Positions 1 through 10,289 are shown, counted from the stretch's first letter. The stretch: 64,000 nucleotides of DNA from Limisphaerales bacterium (GCA_965657355.1 CBFHOE010000007.1:160001-224000); one strand, 5' to 3'. Numbers and translations: made by a program. The notes: generated from the sequence alone by a model not told the origin.

Positions 1-1
1 A

Positions 2-3000
2 ATGACCTTTTTGCCCGGTATTGAGCTCAGAAGAGATGAGAGTGTCAGCCGATATTTCCACGTCCTCAGTCCCAAAGTCGATTTGAACCAAATGACTCAT
101 TGCAGCCGGGGTTAGTAAATAGGCAGAAGTTTGATTATTTCCTTTTTGAAGTTGCACTTTGTATTCAATATCGATTTTGAATAGCCCGTTCTTTTCGGCA
201 TAAAGCTGAATACCTCCTGCCTCATTACTTGAGGATGGCACAAGTCTTATGCCATCCTTTGCGTTAAAATGAAGAGATTGAAAAATAGCCTCTTTCCCAA
301 GTATTTGAATTGTCTCTCCTGATTTTGCACGCCAGCTTAGCTGAGTATCAGAAAATAAAAATTTATCTTCTATTTTAATATTTTGCTTAATGCTTTCAAT
401 TTTAACTGGTGGCGATACGACTTGCCGAGAAATAGAGTTTTCCAAAACCGCGTTTTGGCTCAAAGCTTGTCCATTTTGCGAGGGAGACTGGATTTGTTCA
501 GCAGCATCTATATGGAATCCAGGCAGAGCGACATAGGCTCCAATTAAAATGGCACCTAGTGCGCTTGGAATTCCTCCCGAATGATCATCACGCTTTGGCC
601 TGTCACCATTAGGATTGCTACTTTCACTCCCACCTTGAGTTGTTGGCTGAGGATCATCGCCCGAATCACCATTTAATCCCGGCTCCGAGGTGGTGATTCT
701 CAAGATCGGAACGAGTAAATGAATGATACAAATGAGCACGATTACAGCGATGAATAGTGGAAGCCCATTGTATTGAGTTAATGCACCACCTATGACAAAC
801 GCCCAACCTATGGAAAGTAATAAAAATCTATATGCGTTTGAATTATACCTACGGGAAGCAAACAAAAGTATCATACCAAATAAAATTAAAAGAACTGCTG
901 GGCAAGAGGCTGCAAACCCTAATTTATCTACAATCGAAATTGTGATTTCATTTTCAGCCTTTGGCTCGGAAACCGGGATGGAGAATTCAAGAGCACTACT
1001 GCCAGCCGATCTATTGTGCAAATTAGATGCAGGATTCATTGCCGCAAGGAAAGACACGACAGCCATCAAAACACCCGCAAAGCTAACCCACTTAACAGGA
1101 ACCCACTTCCAAATTTTAAATGCTCGGCGCAGTTCAGAGAAAACTAATAAAAAAATCAAGCTGCCAAAAACGAGTCCCAAACCCAAATAGAAATTTTCTG
1201 ATACAGAGCTTCGTCCTCTTAAAAAGACTCTAATAACATTATAGCCTCTTTGTCTTTTCTTTATAAAATCGGGAGTTAAACCGGATTCTTTGGCATGATA
1301 TTTTATGAATTTCCCATCACTAGATTGAACCGTCCATCTGGTGACAAGAGCAGATGATTCAATAACAGGAAGTTTTAAGACCATCTTTTTATTATCGTCT
1401 GGTGTGTAGGCTGTCCTGACGGCAATGCGAATCAATTCATTAGAATTGGGCTTTACTTTGATTGGCACCAATATAGACCCGTTATCAGAAACAGGAACAA
1501 CTGAATCGCCATCTACTTTCACATCCCATAATTCGAGACCTTCAGGCAAGTTAAAGACAAAATGTGAATTGGATTTATTTTTCAAGAAGTATTCTGCAAG
1601 ACTAACTGATTGCCCATCAGAGGAAACTTCAGTCTTCACCTCAATTCGATCCACAAGCATTTGAAGGCTATCACCTCGCTCCAGCTGTTTTACCTCCAAA
1701 TCTAAATTAAAGGGATAAGAGGAGTAGAGATATGAGTCTACTAAAGGGGCGTCGTAAATGAGTCTGAATTCACTCGGAATTTCCGCAGGTTCAATTGAGA
1801 CAACATTGGATCTTCCACCACTACCAATAGCTCCCAAGTCGACTTGGTAATGACTAATAAACAAAACATAGCCTTGATTATTTTTTGCCCTCACAGGGTG
1901 AACGCCCTGAAATGGGTATGTTTTTGCCTCATCTTTTTCGAGCTTTAAATCATAGGTGGCAAGCAAGGAGTAAGTACCAAATACAGGATTTTCAAGGAAT
2001 ACTTCATATCCAACGTCAGTCTTTTTCCAATTTCTTATCCCCTTACCCACAAATTCAAGATTTGAGTAATCATCAGACAATAAAACTTCAAAGGAGTTGA
2101 CTGGCGCTCCTGAAACCAAATAGTTAAGGAGTGAGCTTCCATAAATAATCCCGTCGCCTATTGAAAATAGTTGCAAAGTATCCACCTGGAGACTTTGTTC
2201 TAGTTCATCGATCTGCAGTTTTAAGCTCCAGTCAAAATCTCTTAGGCGAAAAGCAAGTGCAAGCCCTTCTACTTTTTTTGGAAAGAAGGCTGCTGCAATT
2301 TCTGTGACACCCATTGAATCAGAAGTAGAGACTCTCAGGCCAGGGTCGACAGCGACACCTATGTGTCCCCTGCTCGTTTTAGCGACTGGGCTCAAGATTT
2401 GAGGAACCTCCCAATCCTGAATATCAAGTTGTTTGTTTCTTGAAAGCTGAAATTGCCCAATCCATCTACCTGAGACGGGTTGACTAAATACTAATTTTAA
2501 TTTTTGACTCTGAGGGTCATCATTATCGAGAAAATAATCGGCAACATAATTCCCTTGGACCTGTGTTAGCACGTAATTATTAGGTAGGTTCAATGTGAAC
2601 TCTCTTAATGGAGCCTCCCGTATATCGAGTTCTATCAATGAGTCAATTGACTGAGCAGTATTGCCAAGCGTGTGAACCGTCAGTTGCGAAAGAGACACCT
2701 CTGGAATAATAGTGTCCGCTTGAATCTTGTATTCGAAATCCGATCCGCTGAATCTATACGCAAAGACTTGGTTGCCATTTGGTTTTGGAAAGCCGCTAAG
2801 TCTTGGAAAACGCTCAGGGCTTATTTGGGTAAGGTTAAGAGGATCTTTTATTTCAATTTTCACAGCACCCTGATTGTGCACCCGGATATACCCGCCATAG
2901 GCAAGAGCTCCAGAGGGAACTAACTTAAGCGGTTCAATATTTAGAGGAAAAGCAGGAAGAGTTTGCTGTGAAACAATCCTTAGTTGATAGTCTCCTTTGA

Positions 3001-4477
3001 TTGGCCTCCTGGTTTCCACAATCATTTTACGATTTGTGGAATTTTCTACAGGTAAGATTTTCCAGCTTCGGATATCAGCTCCATCGACTTTGAGGATCTC
3101 GCCTTGGCCCAAAATCTCAAAGTTTAATGATGAAACTTCACCCTGCATCACTTGATAATCCATCCAAAGAATCTGAGAAAGTCTTCCGGACCCCAAGGAA
3201 ATCTGGCTTTTTCCTTGGACTGAATAAAATACTTTCCCTGATTCTTTAGGTATTTTTGATTTCCAGACCAAAGAAAACCCCCCTTGAGGTTTCAAAAATC
3301 CACGAGCTGATTCACCGACAATCTGAACATCTCCCAACGGAAAGATTTCAAAACTTGATTCTTTGGACCACCCTTTCAATATGATAGGCCTTATGGTTGA
3401 ATTGGCTACAATGACATTGACTGATTTTTGATTGATTTCATCTTTGATTCGGCAGCTAAAATCTATCTCTACTGAGATATTTCCAGGACTATCAGAAACG
3501 ATGTAGTATGCTCCATTTTGAAACACCAAGCTCGACTTATTATTACCAAGTTTATATGAAACTAAACCTACATCACCGCCTAAGACTGGTATTAGTCCAC
3601 CTTCGGGGTGTTTAAACTCAGCGACACCCTCAAGTTTCATTTTGACTACTTGTATTTTCGAGTCAAATTCCGAGGTTAACAAAAATTCATTAAAAGAATT
3701 TTTATATTGGTCAGGTTGTTCAGGATAAATTGCGAAGGTTGTTTTGTAATCTGGCCCTAAAACCAAAACTTTAGATTTTTGAGATCTTTTGATGGGATAT
3801 CCTAAAGTCTCAGTGGTTTCCTTAGGAGTTATCGATACTGATTTACCAATTTGAACTGGCTGTATATATAATGGATCTTCTGATGTGATTGTATAACTTC
3901 CCGTAAATGAAGCGGCATCCTCCGCGTTAACAACCAATGGAGTATAACTAACAAAAGGTGATTTTGTTTTTATCAAATTAGATACTTTTAATACAAACCC
4001 AGAGGTAGTACTGAGAGAAGCTGAGCTTTTGTCTACAATGATTTTAACTAAACGAATCTCGGGATCTTGTGTCGCTTGGATTGAAAGAAAAAATGGTAAG
4101 TCGGGTTTGGCGAATTGGACATCCAAGTTTGGATCAAATGTGTTCGCTGATATGTATATTTCCAAATCATTCCACTGCCCCCTCAAGCGTGAGATAGAAA
4201 CGTCCCAAGTTTCTTTAGCGAGACCTGGCCCAATGGAAATTGCCCCGGAGACTGAAGTTGTATATAAAAATGGATCCTTTGGTTCTTTATTAGGTGTTTC
4301 AAGCGTTCCAGTAATTTGGAAGCCGGCTTCACCGGAATCCCCATCCAGACCTGCTCGAATGTCCAAATTACTAATTTGCCCTGAAAGCGCATTATCATCT
4401 TGTGCAAGAAGGAAGTTATTTAAAGCACAAGCTAAAGCAAAGGCAGCGATGTAATATCTCATAATATTGATTTTCAT
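2..4477 (-). CDS. Giant hypothetical envelope protein (>1492 aa, 3' end beyond window): signal peptide, repeated beta-rich modules, several TM helices, further extracytoplasmic domain
   Basis: Not in ORF track. Manual translation from ATG at 4477 (alternative ATG 4462): MKINIMRYYIAAFALACALNNFLLAQDDNALSGQ... I found no stop down to the window edge (...SELNTGQKGH), and start and end frames agree. Hydrophobic segments at about 700-1195 and 495-570. Confidence 0.88.
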   Translation of the reverse strand, partial: MKINIMRYYIAAFALACALNNFLLAQDDNALSGQISNLDIRAGLDGDSGEAGFQITGTLETPNKEPKDPFLYTTSVSGAISIGPGLAKETWDVSISRLRGQWNDLEIYISANTFDPNLDVQFAKPDLPFFLSIQATQDPEIRLVKIIVDKSSASLSTTSGFVLKVSNLIKTKSPFVSYTPLVVNAEDAASFTGSYTITSEDPLYIQPVQIGKSVSITPKETTETLGYPIKRSQKSKVLVLGPDYKTTFAIYPEQPDQYKNSFNEFLLTSEFDSKIQVVKMKLEGVAEFKHPEGGLIPVLGGDVGLVSYKLGNNKSSLVFQNGAYYIVSDSPGNISVEIDFSCRIKDEINQKSVNVIVANSTIRPIILKGWSKESSFEIFPLGDVQIVGESARGFLKPQGGFSLVWKSKIPKESGKVFYSVQGKSQISLGSGRLSQILWMDYQVMQGEVSSLNFEILGQGEILKVDGADIRSWKILPVENSTNRKMIVETRRPIKGDYQLRIVSQQTLPAFPLNIEPLKLVPSGALAYGGYIRVHNQGAVKIEIKDPLNLTQISPERFPRLSGFPKPNGNQVFAYRFSGSDFEYKIQADTIIPEVSLSQLTVHTLGNTAQSIDSLIELDIREAPLREFTLNLPNNYVLTQVQGNYVADYFLDNDDPQSQKLKLVFSQPVSGRWIGQFQLSRNKQLDIQDWEVPQILSPVAKTSRGHIGVAVDPGLRVSTSDSMGVTEIAAAFFPKKVEGLALAFRLRDFDWSLKLQIDELEQSLQVDTLQLFSIGDGIIYGSSLLNYLVSGAPVNSFEVLLSDDYSNLEFVGKGIRNWKKTDVGYEVFLENPVFGTYSLLATYDLKLEKDEAKTYPFQGVHPVRAKNNQGYVLFISHYQVDLGAIGSGGRSNVVSIEPAEIPSEFRLIYDAPLVDSYLYSSYPFNLDLEVKQLERGDSLQMLVDRIEVKTEVSSDGQSVSLAEYFLKNKSNSHFVFNLPEGLELWDVKVDGDSVVPVSDNGSILVPIKVKPNSNELIRIAVRTAYTPDDNKKMVLKLPVIESSALVTRWTVQSSDGKFIKYHAKESGLTPDFIKKRQRGYNVIRVFLRGRSSVSENFYLGLGLVFGSLIFLLVFSELRRAFKIWKWVPVKWVSFAGVLMAVVSFLAAMNPASNLHNRSAGSSALEFSIPVSEPKAENEITISIVDKLGFAASCPAVLLILFGMILLFASRRYNSNAYRFLLLSIGWAFVIGGALTQYNGLPLFIAVIVLICIIHLLVPILRITTSEPGLNGDSGDDPQPTTQGGSESSNPNGDRPKRDDHSGGIPSALGAILIGAYVALPGFHIDAAEQIQSPSQNGQALSQNAVLENSISRQVVSPPVKIESIKQNIKIEDKFLFSDTQLSWRAKSGETIQILGKEAIFQSLHFNAKDGIRLVPSSSNEAGGIQLYAEKNGLFKIDIEYKVQLQKGNNQTSAYLLTPAAMSHLVQIDFGTEDVEISADTLISSELNTGQKGH

Positions 4478-4502
4478 TTTTTTATAAATTTGATGAGTAA
4501 AA

Positions 4503-7277
4503 CTAGGGGCGCAGCGACCTCGCATTTTGTATCATTTGCTTCAGTAAAAGAGGCCGATCATCAGGAGCAAACTCGGAGATCGCAAAATCCACCCATGACT
4601 CCAATTGTGCAACATCCACCTGAGCGGCATATGGATTCCCCCCTAACCATTCAGCAAAAGAACCTGCTGCTGAGGCTAATTTCAAGGAACCGCTGCTTAG
4701 GTCAATGGATGGCGCTGGCCCCCGATAAGGTATTAATTTTTTAATTTCGTCGTATTGAAGAGTGAGAGGATCCTGGTAACGCACTCTAACCCAACCCACT
4801 GGACCAGATCCATTTTCTTTTACCTCAACAATGTAAATAGCACTACCACTTTCAGCTTTGCCTATTTCGCCAGCATTAACGGCATTATCCCGAAATTGCC
4901 GGGCCGTTAGTCTGTGCTTTTGATAACCCATCTGACGGTAACGACTTATCCTATTCGTGTTGAATTCGATTTGAACTTTTACATTTTTTGCAGATACCTC
5001 AACAGACTTATACCACGTCTCTTTAAAATAACTACTAGCCTCTTGAGCAGAGTTCAGAAAACCGTATTTTCCATCGCTATCCCTGGTGAGCCTCTCTAGC
5101 AAAGCATCATCGTAACCATCCCACCCAATCCCAAAGCAATCGAGAATGGCCCCCTTTATTCTATTCTTTTCAATTTTTGAGGCCAATACAGGGCCGTCTA
5201 TCTCTCCAAGATTGGCAGCTCCATCAGTAAGTAATAGGATTCTATTGTTTCCACCGAGCCTGTACCGTTCAAATAATTTTTCATATGCCAATTCTAGCGC
5301 TGCTTCGATATTTGTCCCGCCTGATGGGCGTATGGCACCGACAATTGAGAGAAATGCATCCGCATTTCCGCCGGGCATGCCATCGATCAACAAGCGAGGT
5401 ACCCTTGCAAATCCAACTAAGGTTAAAGAATCAGAAGCACCCAAATTATTGACTAAAGTAAATAATGCTTTATTGACTGTGCGAACACGATCCTCTCTTT
5501 GCATTGAACCAGAAGTATCCAAGAGAATGACTAAATTCATACCCGATTTTAGGTCTAACCCAGTTTGATTGGCCTTGACGCCTAATCGAATCACCTCCCT
5601 ATTCATTTCAAATGGCCACAGAGCTCGTTCACTGGTAATGCCGACTTTTTGATTTGACCCGGGGGCGGGGTCTTTATAGTCAAAAGCATTGATAAATTCT
5701 TCACTTCTGATGGAGGACTTATCAGGAAGGTTTCCATTGGCAATCGCCGCTTGACTAAGACGAAAAGAAACATCACTCACGTTGAGCGAAAAAGTTGATA
5801 GTGCATTATCTGAAGTTTCAGTCTCGGGGTGCGGTTCAAGCTCACTCGCAGGCGGTATAACCTTATACTTTTTACCTCCGTACTGAACACTTTTTTCAAC
5901 TGATTGTTTTGGTGAAAACTTACCTGAGATACTTTTCAAATTGTCAGAATCTTGGTCAGAATAGTCATCATCGATATTTTTTCTTCCAATACGAGGCCGC
6001 GAAGGACCAGGACTGGGTTTATTGGCTCGGATGCCCTTAGCCTTATCTGATAACACTCCACTGAAGCCGTAGAGTTCCACTGAAGCACCCGCCCGAGAGA
6101 CTTCAGATTTTAAAACTTTCTTAGAAACATCATTTACTCCCCCTGCTTCTTTTTTTAAATGGAGATTTGAATTCTTAAAATCGAAAGGGTTAATACTTCC
6201 CTCTATAACGTCTCGACTGAAATCAGAAGATGAGTTTAATGGAGATTTGTTTTGTTTGGATCTAGATTTAAGATCTTCCGAAAACCATTTGTCCTGCGAA
6301 TAACGAGGTGTTGCCGTGACATCATTGGCACGTGATTCCGATTGCCGTTTAGCATAGAAGCTTTCAGAAGTTATTTCTCCCAAACCCGTATCAAAAATTT
6401 CATCCGGTTTTAACTCTTTCGATTTTTCTGGAAGTCTGATTAACCTGTCTATGGTGTCTTTGGAGGAATAAAAAGCCCCTCCTCCAGTCCCACCCGAGAA
6501 AGGCTGAGGTGATTCATCAGTTTTATTTTCAGCATAAGCACTTTCAAACTCAGCATCAGATCCATTTGATTTGTTATTTCCGCTATACCCCCTAGTCTGT
6601 ATATTATTATTGGAAAATGAATCTCTGGAAGATACCGATAATTCTTCTGGAGGGCTGGATAATGGGTCTGGTTGGATTTCCTTTCGGACCTCCGATAAAC
6701 CATTTACGACAACGGAGTCAAAAGCATCTTTTTCAATGCTTTCTTCACCAAATTTTTCGGAAGGAGGAATTTCAAGGAACAGACTTTCATTATCCTCAAA
6801 ATGAGACTCCCCAGTCAGACCAGCCACACGACTATCGGTTGCCACATCGAATTTATTTTTAAGACTGCTGACCTTTGTTATTGAGATGATAACAAAAGAC
6901 GCTATCAGAGCGGCAAAACTTCCACCGACAACCAAATTTTTTTTATAAAAAACAGGAGTAACTAAAGGAATCAATCCTTTGAGGAAAGTATGTTTACCTT
7001 TCAAGGCACTTGCCCTCTGTGATGGCTTTAAAACTCCCTTAAAGCTGAGATATTTGAATCCACCAGCCATAAGGTTCCATAATATTTTTATCTCAAGGCA
7101 CTTTTTGGCTAGCCGTGGGTCTTTTGTGACCGCGATCTTGACCTGTTCTTGCTCGTAATCACTCAACTCTCCAGCTTGAGAGGCGACATACATTCGTTCC
7201 CAGAAATTAGGTTCATCTTTGTTATACTGTGGACCTTTTTTCTTCTCGTCTGGATCTATGTTTTCAAAATTATACAT
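4503..7277 (-). CDS. Membrane-anchored von Willebrand factor A protein (YfbK-like: vWF_A + VWA + DUF3520) with N-terminal anti-sigma-like domain, paralogue 2
   Basis: LSTFSLNVSDVSF...IRSEEFINAFDY (vWF_A-type), MIDAS LLDTSGSM, GGTNIE, NRILLLTDGAANLG, AKNVKVQIEFN...YRQMGY...AGEI (DUF3520-type); TM LVVGGSFAALIASFVIISI. Confidence 0.85.
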   Translation of the reverse strand: MYNFENIDPDEKKKGPQYNKDEPNFWERMYVASQAGELSDYEQEQVKIAVTKDPRLAKKCLEIKILWNLMAGGFKYLSFKGVLKPSQRASALKGKHTFLKGLIPLVTPVFYKKNLVVGGSFAALIASFVIISITKVSSLKNKFDVATDSRVAGLTGESHFEDNESLFLEIPPSEKFGEESIEKDAFDSVVVNGLSEVRKEIQPDPLSSPPEELSVSSRDSFSNNNIQTRGYSGNNKSNGSDAEFESAYAENKTDESPQPFSGGTGGGAFYSSKDTIDRLIRLPEKSKELKPDEIFDTGLGEITSESFYAKRQSESRANDVTATPRYSQDKWFSEDLKSRSKQNKSPLNSSSDFSRDVIEGSINPFDFKNSNLHLKKEAGGVNDVSKKVLKSEVSRAGASVELYGFSGVLSDKAKGIRANKPSPGPSRPRIGRKNIDDDYSDQDSDNLKSISGKFSPKQSVEKSVQYGGKKYKVIPPASELEPHPETETSDNALSTFSLNVSDVSFRLSQAAIANGNLPDKSSIRSEEFINAFDYKDPAPGSNQKVGITSERALWPFEMNREVIRLGVKANQTGLDLKSGMNLVILLDTSGSMQREDRVRTVNKALFTLVNNLGASDSLTLVGFARVPRLLIDGMPGGNADAFLSIVGAIRPSGGTNIEAALELAYEKLFERYRLGGNNRILLLTDGAANLGEIDGPVLASKIEKNRIKGAILDCFGIGWDGYDDALLERLTRDSDGKYGFLNSAQEASSYFKETWYKSVEVSAKNVKVQIEFNTNRISRYRQMGYQKHRLTARQFRDNAVNAGEIGKAESGSAIYIVEVKENGSGPVGWVRVRYQDPLTLQYDEIKKLIPYRGPAPSIDLSSGSLKLASAAGSFAEWLGGNPYAAQVDVAQLESWVDFAISEFAPDDRPLLLKQMIQNARSLRP

Positions 7278-7364
7278 TTAATAAAAAACAACCCTCATTT
7301 AATTAAGACCCACCAGAAGATAATTTATTAGAATTTATTCATAATTTTTTTAAGACTCTCTCCT

Positions 7365-10289
7365 TCATAGTTTCAAAGAGCGAGCTACACGTATCATTTC
7401 CAGCAATTGAACAGGGCGCTTGTCATTTGGGTAATTTGAGATAACAGATTCAATAACTTTTTGGATGTAAGCCAAATCAACAGACGTTCCATATGGATTC
7501 CCAGATATCCTCTCGGCAAATACCCCACTGGAAAATGCCAACTTGATAGGAAAATTAGCATTGTCCATACTCGGAGCACTACCGCTAAAGCCAATGACTT
7601 TCAATTTCATATGAACCTGTTCGGTCTGAGGATCCTTATATCTAACCCTGAGCCACCCTATAGGACCTTGGCCGTCACTTTTAGTTTCTACAATGTAAAC
7701 GGCCTGAGCATCCTCAGCTTTGGGAATTTCACCAGCATCAACACTGTTGTCGTAAAATTGTTGTTTGGTCAATCTATGCTTCATATAGCCAACCTGGCGA
7801 TACCTACTTACTCTTTGAGGATTAAACTCGACCTGTATTTTCACGTCTTTTGCCGCAACTTGAACGGCGCCCAACCATCGTTTTTTAAAATATTCGCGAG
7901 CTGAATTCGCGTCTCCCAAAAAACCATAAGTCCCGTTACTATTTCGAGTTATTTCTTCAAGAATTAAATCATCAAATCCATCCCACCCAATCCCTAAGCA
8001 ATCAAGTGAAATTCCAGCAAGTCGCCCTTTGTCTACCTGAACCTTTAACCCAGTAGGGTCCACATTGCCAAGGTTCGCAGCACCATCGGTGAGGAGCAAT
8101 ATTCGATTAACTCCTCCCTCAATGAAGTTTTCCTTTGCTTTTTGATAAGCTTGCTTTAGCGCAAGATCAATATTTGTTCCACCATCAGGTTGAATACCAT
8201 CAACAACTGACAGGAATTTTTTCTGGTTTCCTCCCGGCGAATTATCAATCCAAACCTTGGGTAATCTCGAAAATCCAATAAATGTAATTCTGTCTTTCTG
8301 AGTCAGAACATTTGAAATAACCCCTAAAATACCGTGAGTAATTTCGATTCTATCCGGCCGCTGCATTGATCCAGAGGTATCTTGTAAAACAACCAAATTC
8401 ATTCTCTGTTTTTGATCCCAGCCCTGAGATGCCGTTTGGATTCCAACACGGAGCACTTCACGATTAGTTTCGAATGGGTGTCTCGCTCGCTCGTAATGCA
8501 TTGAAATCGCGGCTTCTAATTCCGGTCTGGGGTCCTTGTAATCGAAAGCATTGATAAACTCCTCGCTTCTGATTTGGCTCCTATCAGGTGCCTTTCCTTG
8601 ACTAAACGCTGCCTGCGCAAGTTGGAAAGAAACATCATTCACATTCAATGAAAATGAAGAGAAAGCATTTTCTATTGTATCGATTTCAGGAAAAGGCTCA
8701 GATTCGGTTTTTGGCACAATTCTTTGAGTTACCTTTTCCACCTCAGATAGATGCGATTGCTTTAGTTTTAATAATTTTTTTTCCTTAGTTTGTATGGGAA
8801 CCTCTTTGTTGAGGCTTTGATATTTTGGTTCTGCTTTCATCAGAGCGCCATTAGCAACTCCATTGATTCGACCTTCAATTTCTGGCAACCCTTTTTGGGA
8901 GCTTCTATTCAATCCAATTTGATTCTGTAGGGAAGCGTCGGGGCCATCCATAGCTGGCACAGTACCATTTTTGCCAAATAAATAACCGGTAACAGGCACA
9001 TCTGCCAAAACAGGCGGTTCTGGAGCTGGTTCCGGTAATCCTCCTCTATTTGAATTACGAGTTGCTGAATATGAATTTAAGCCGGATTGCCTTTGCCGAG
9101 GCGATAGTTTCAATTGCGAATCATTTGACAAAGACCCGGGTCTACCGAAACGGCGTATCTGACCCTCTATTCCATTATCAGATTGGTCCTCTGAGCCAAC
9201 ACCTGGAACAAACCCTCCTCCTCCAAACCCTCCTCCTGATAAAGTTGAGCCAAAACCTGCATCTGTTTCATAGCCTGAGCTGACGTTTAGGCCCTCACTG
9301 TCAAAATCATTTGCCTTGGAATATCGAGACTTCAAACCAGCTGAATCCACGGAGTCATCAATTATTTCCGCAGCCGTTATGCCACTTGGAGCTTCCTCCT
9401 GGAATAAATCCGAATTTTTTCGACGCCCCCGATCATTATACAACTCGGTCATTGCGATAGTTTCAGTTGTTGCAGCGACTGGCGACGTTGAGGGTTTAGG
9501 GGATGGCCTTGCGGGACTTGAATTTACCTCAACTATTTGATTATTTATTGCCGTATTGGCAGCTATTTTAGAGGCATCTTTTTCACCCAGCATGACCCGC
9601 GTTTCTTCTAATCGAGAGACATTCCCTTCAAAACCACGCTCAGTTTCTTGATACCTGTTGCTCTCAGGTTTTGAGGCTTGATGGGGAAAAGCTCGACCTC
9701 CAATTTCTGAATGATTAGCTAAAGAATCTTGTTCGTAATACCCAGAAGCTGTTTCTGCGTAATCCATGTCCGGAGATGGATCATCAGTTTGCGCTGAACC
9801 ACTGGACCTAAGTTCAATATTTCCTATCTGATCACTTTGTATTTCAGATAAGACGATCGGATTGTTTTTAAACAAAAGCTCCCGAAATATTATAACCAAA
9901 ATAATAAGAGTGACTGCACCGACAAGGGCTCCTGAAAATTCATGAGCAAACTTTGTTAGTTGTATTTTTTTTAACAGCTTTAAAAATGGAGGTAGGCTGA
10001 AATTAAAACTTGGAAGACTTCTTTTGACCGGTTTACCACTAAGTTTTTGAAGAAGTTTGGCTCTTCGTTTTTTATCGAATGACAAATCTGAGTTGGGATC
10101 GGCTTGGGTCATACCATCCCGCAGGGCGGAGCTAAGCCTCTCGACTTCTGCTTCCCAATCTTTGTAAGATTTATCTTGGGCGATTTCCTTATTTAATTCA
10201 TTTACACCAAAAGAACTCAATTCACCCAAAGATTTGGATGTCACTTTTTCTTCAAAAGAGTGTAATTTATCTTTTGATTTATCACTCAT
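7365..10289 (-). CDS. Membrane-anchored von Willebrand factor A protein (YfbK-like) with N-terminal anti-sigma-like domain, paralogue 1
   Basis: FSSFSLNVNDVSF...IRSEEFINAFDY, MIDAS QDTSGSM, GGTNID, NRILLLTDGAANLG, AKDVKIQVEFNP...YRQVGY...DAGEI; TM GALVGAVTLIILVIIF; start overlaps the sigma stop by 8 nt. Confidence 0.85.
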   Translation of the reverse strand: MSDKSKDKLHSFEEKVTSKSLGELSSFGVNELNKEIAQDKSYKDWEAEVERLSSALRDGMTQADPNSDLSFDKKRRAKLLQKLSGKPVKRSLPSFNFSLPPFLKLLKKIQLTKFAHEFSGALVGAVTLIILVIIFRELLFKNNPIVLSEIQSDQIGNIELRSSGSAQTDDPSPDMDYAETASGYYEQDSLANHSEIGGRAFPHQASKPESNRYQETERGFEGNVSRLEETRVMLGEKDASKIAANTAINNQIVEVNSSPARPSPKPSTSPVAATTETIAMTELYNDRGRRKNSDLFQEEAPSGITAAEIIDDSVDSAGLKSRYSKANDFDSEGLNVSSGYETDAGFGSTLSGGGFGGGGFVPGVGSEDQSDNGIEGQIRRFGRPGSLSNDSQLKLSPRQRQSGLNSYSATRNSNRGGLPEPAPEPPVLADVPVTGYLFGKNGTVPAMDGPDASLQNQIGLNRSSQKGLPEIEGRINGVANGALMKAEPKYQSLNKEVPIQTKEKKLLKLKQSHLSEVEKVTQRIVPKTESEPFPEIDTIENAFSSFSLNVNDVSFQLAQAAFSQGKAPDRSQIRSEEFINAFDYKDPRPELEAAISMHYERARHPFETNREVLRVGIQTASQGWDQKQRMNLVVLQDTSGSMQRPDRIEITHGILGVISNVLTQKDRITFIGFSRLPKVWIDNSPGGNQKKFLSVVDGIQPDGGTNIDLALKQAYQKAKENFIEGGVNRILLLTDGAANLGNVDPTGLKVQVDKGRLAGISLDCLGIGWDGFDDLILEEITRNSNGTYGFLGDANSAREYFKKRWLGAVQVAAKDVKIQVEFNPQRVSRYRQVGYMKHRLTKQQFYDNSVDAGEIPKAEDAQAVYIVETKSDGQGPIGWLRVRYKDPQTEQVHMKLKVIGFSGSAPSMDNANFPIKLAFSSGVFAERISGNPYGTSVDLAYIQKVIESVISNYPNDKRPVQLLEMIRVARSLKL

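Noticed and set aside
792..4454. Short ORF-track calls (792, 1425, 1885, 2672, 4029 on +; 4183 on -)
   Set aside because: Antisense or off-frame shadows of the giant minus-strand ORF 2..4477; no recognisable motifs
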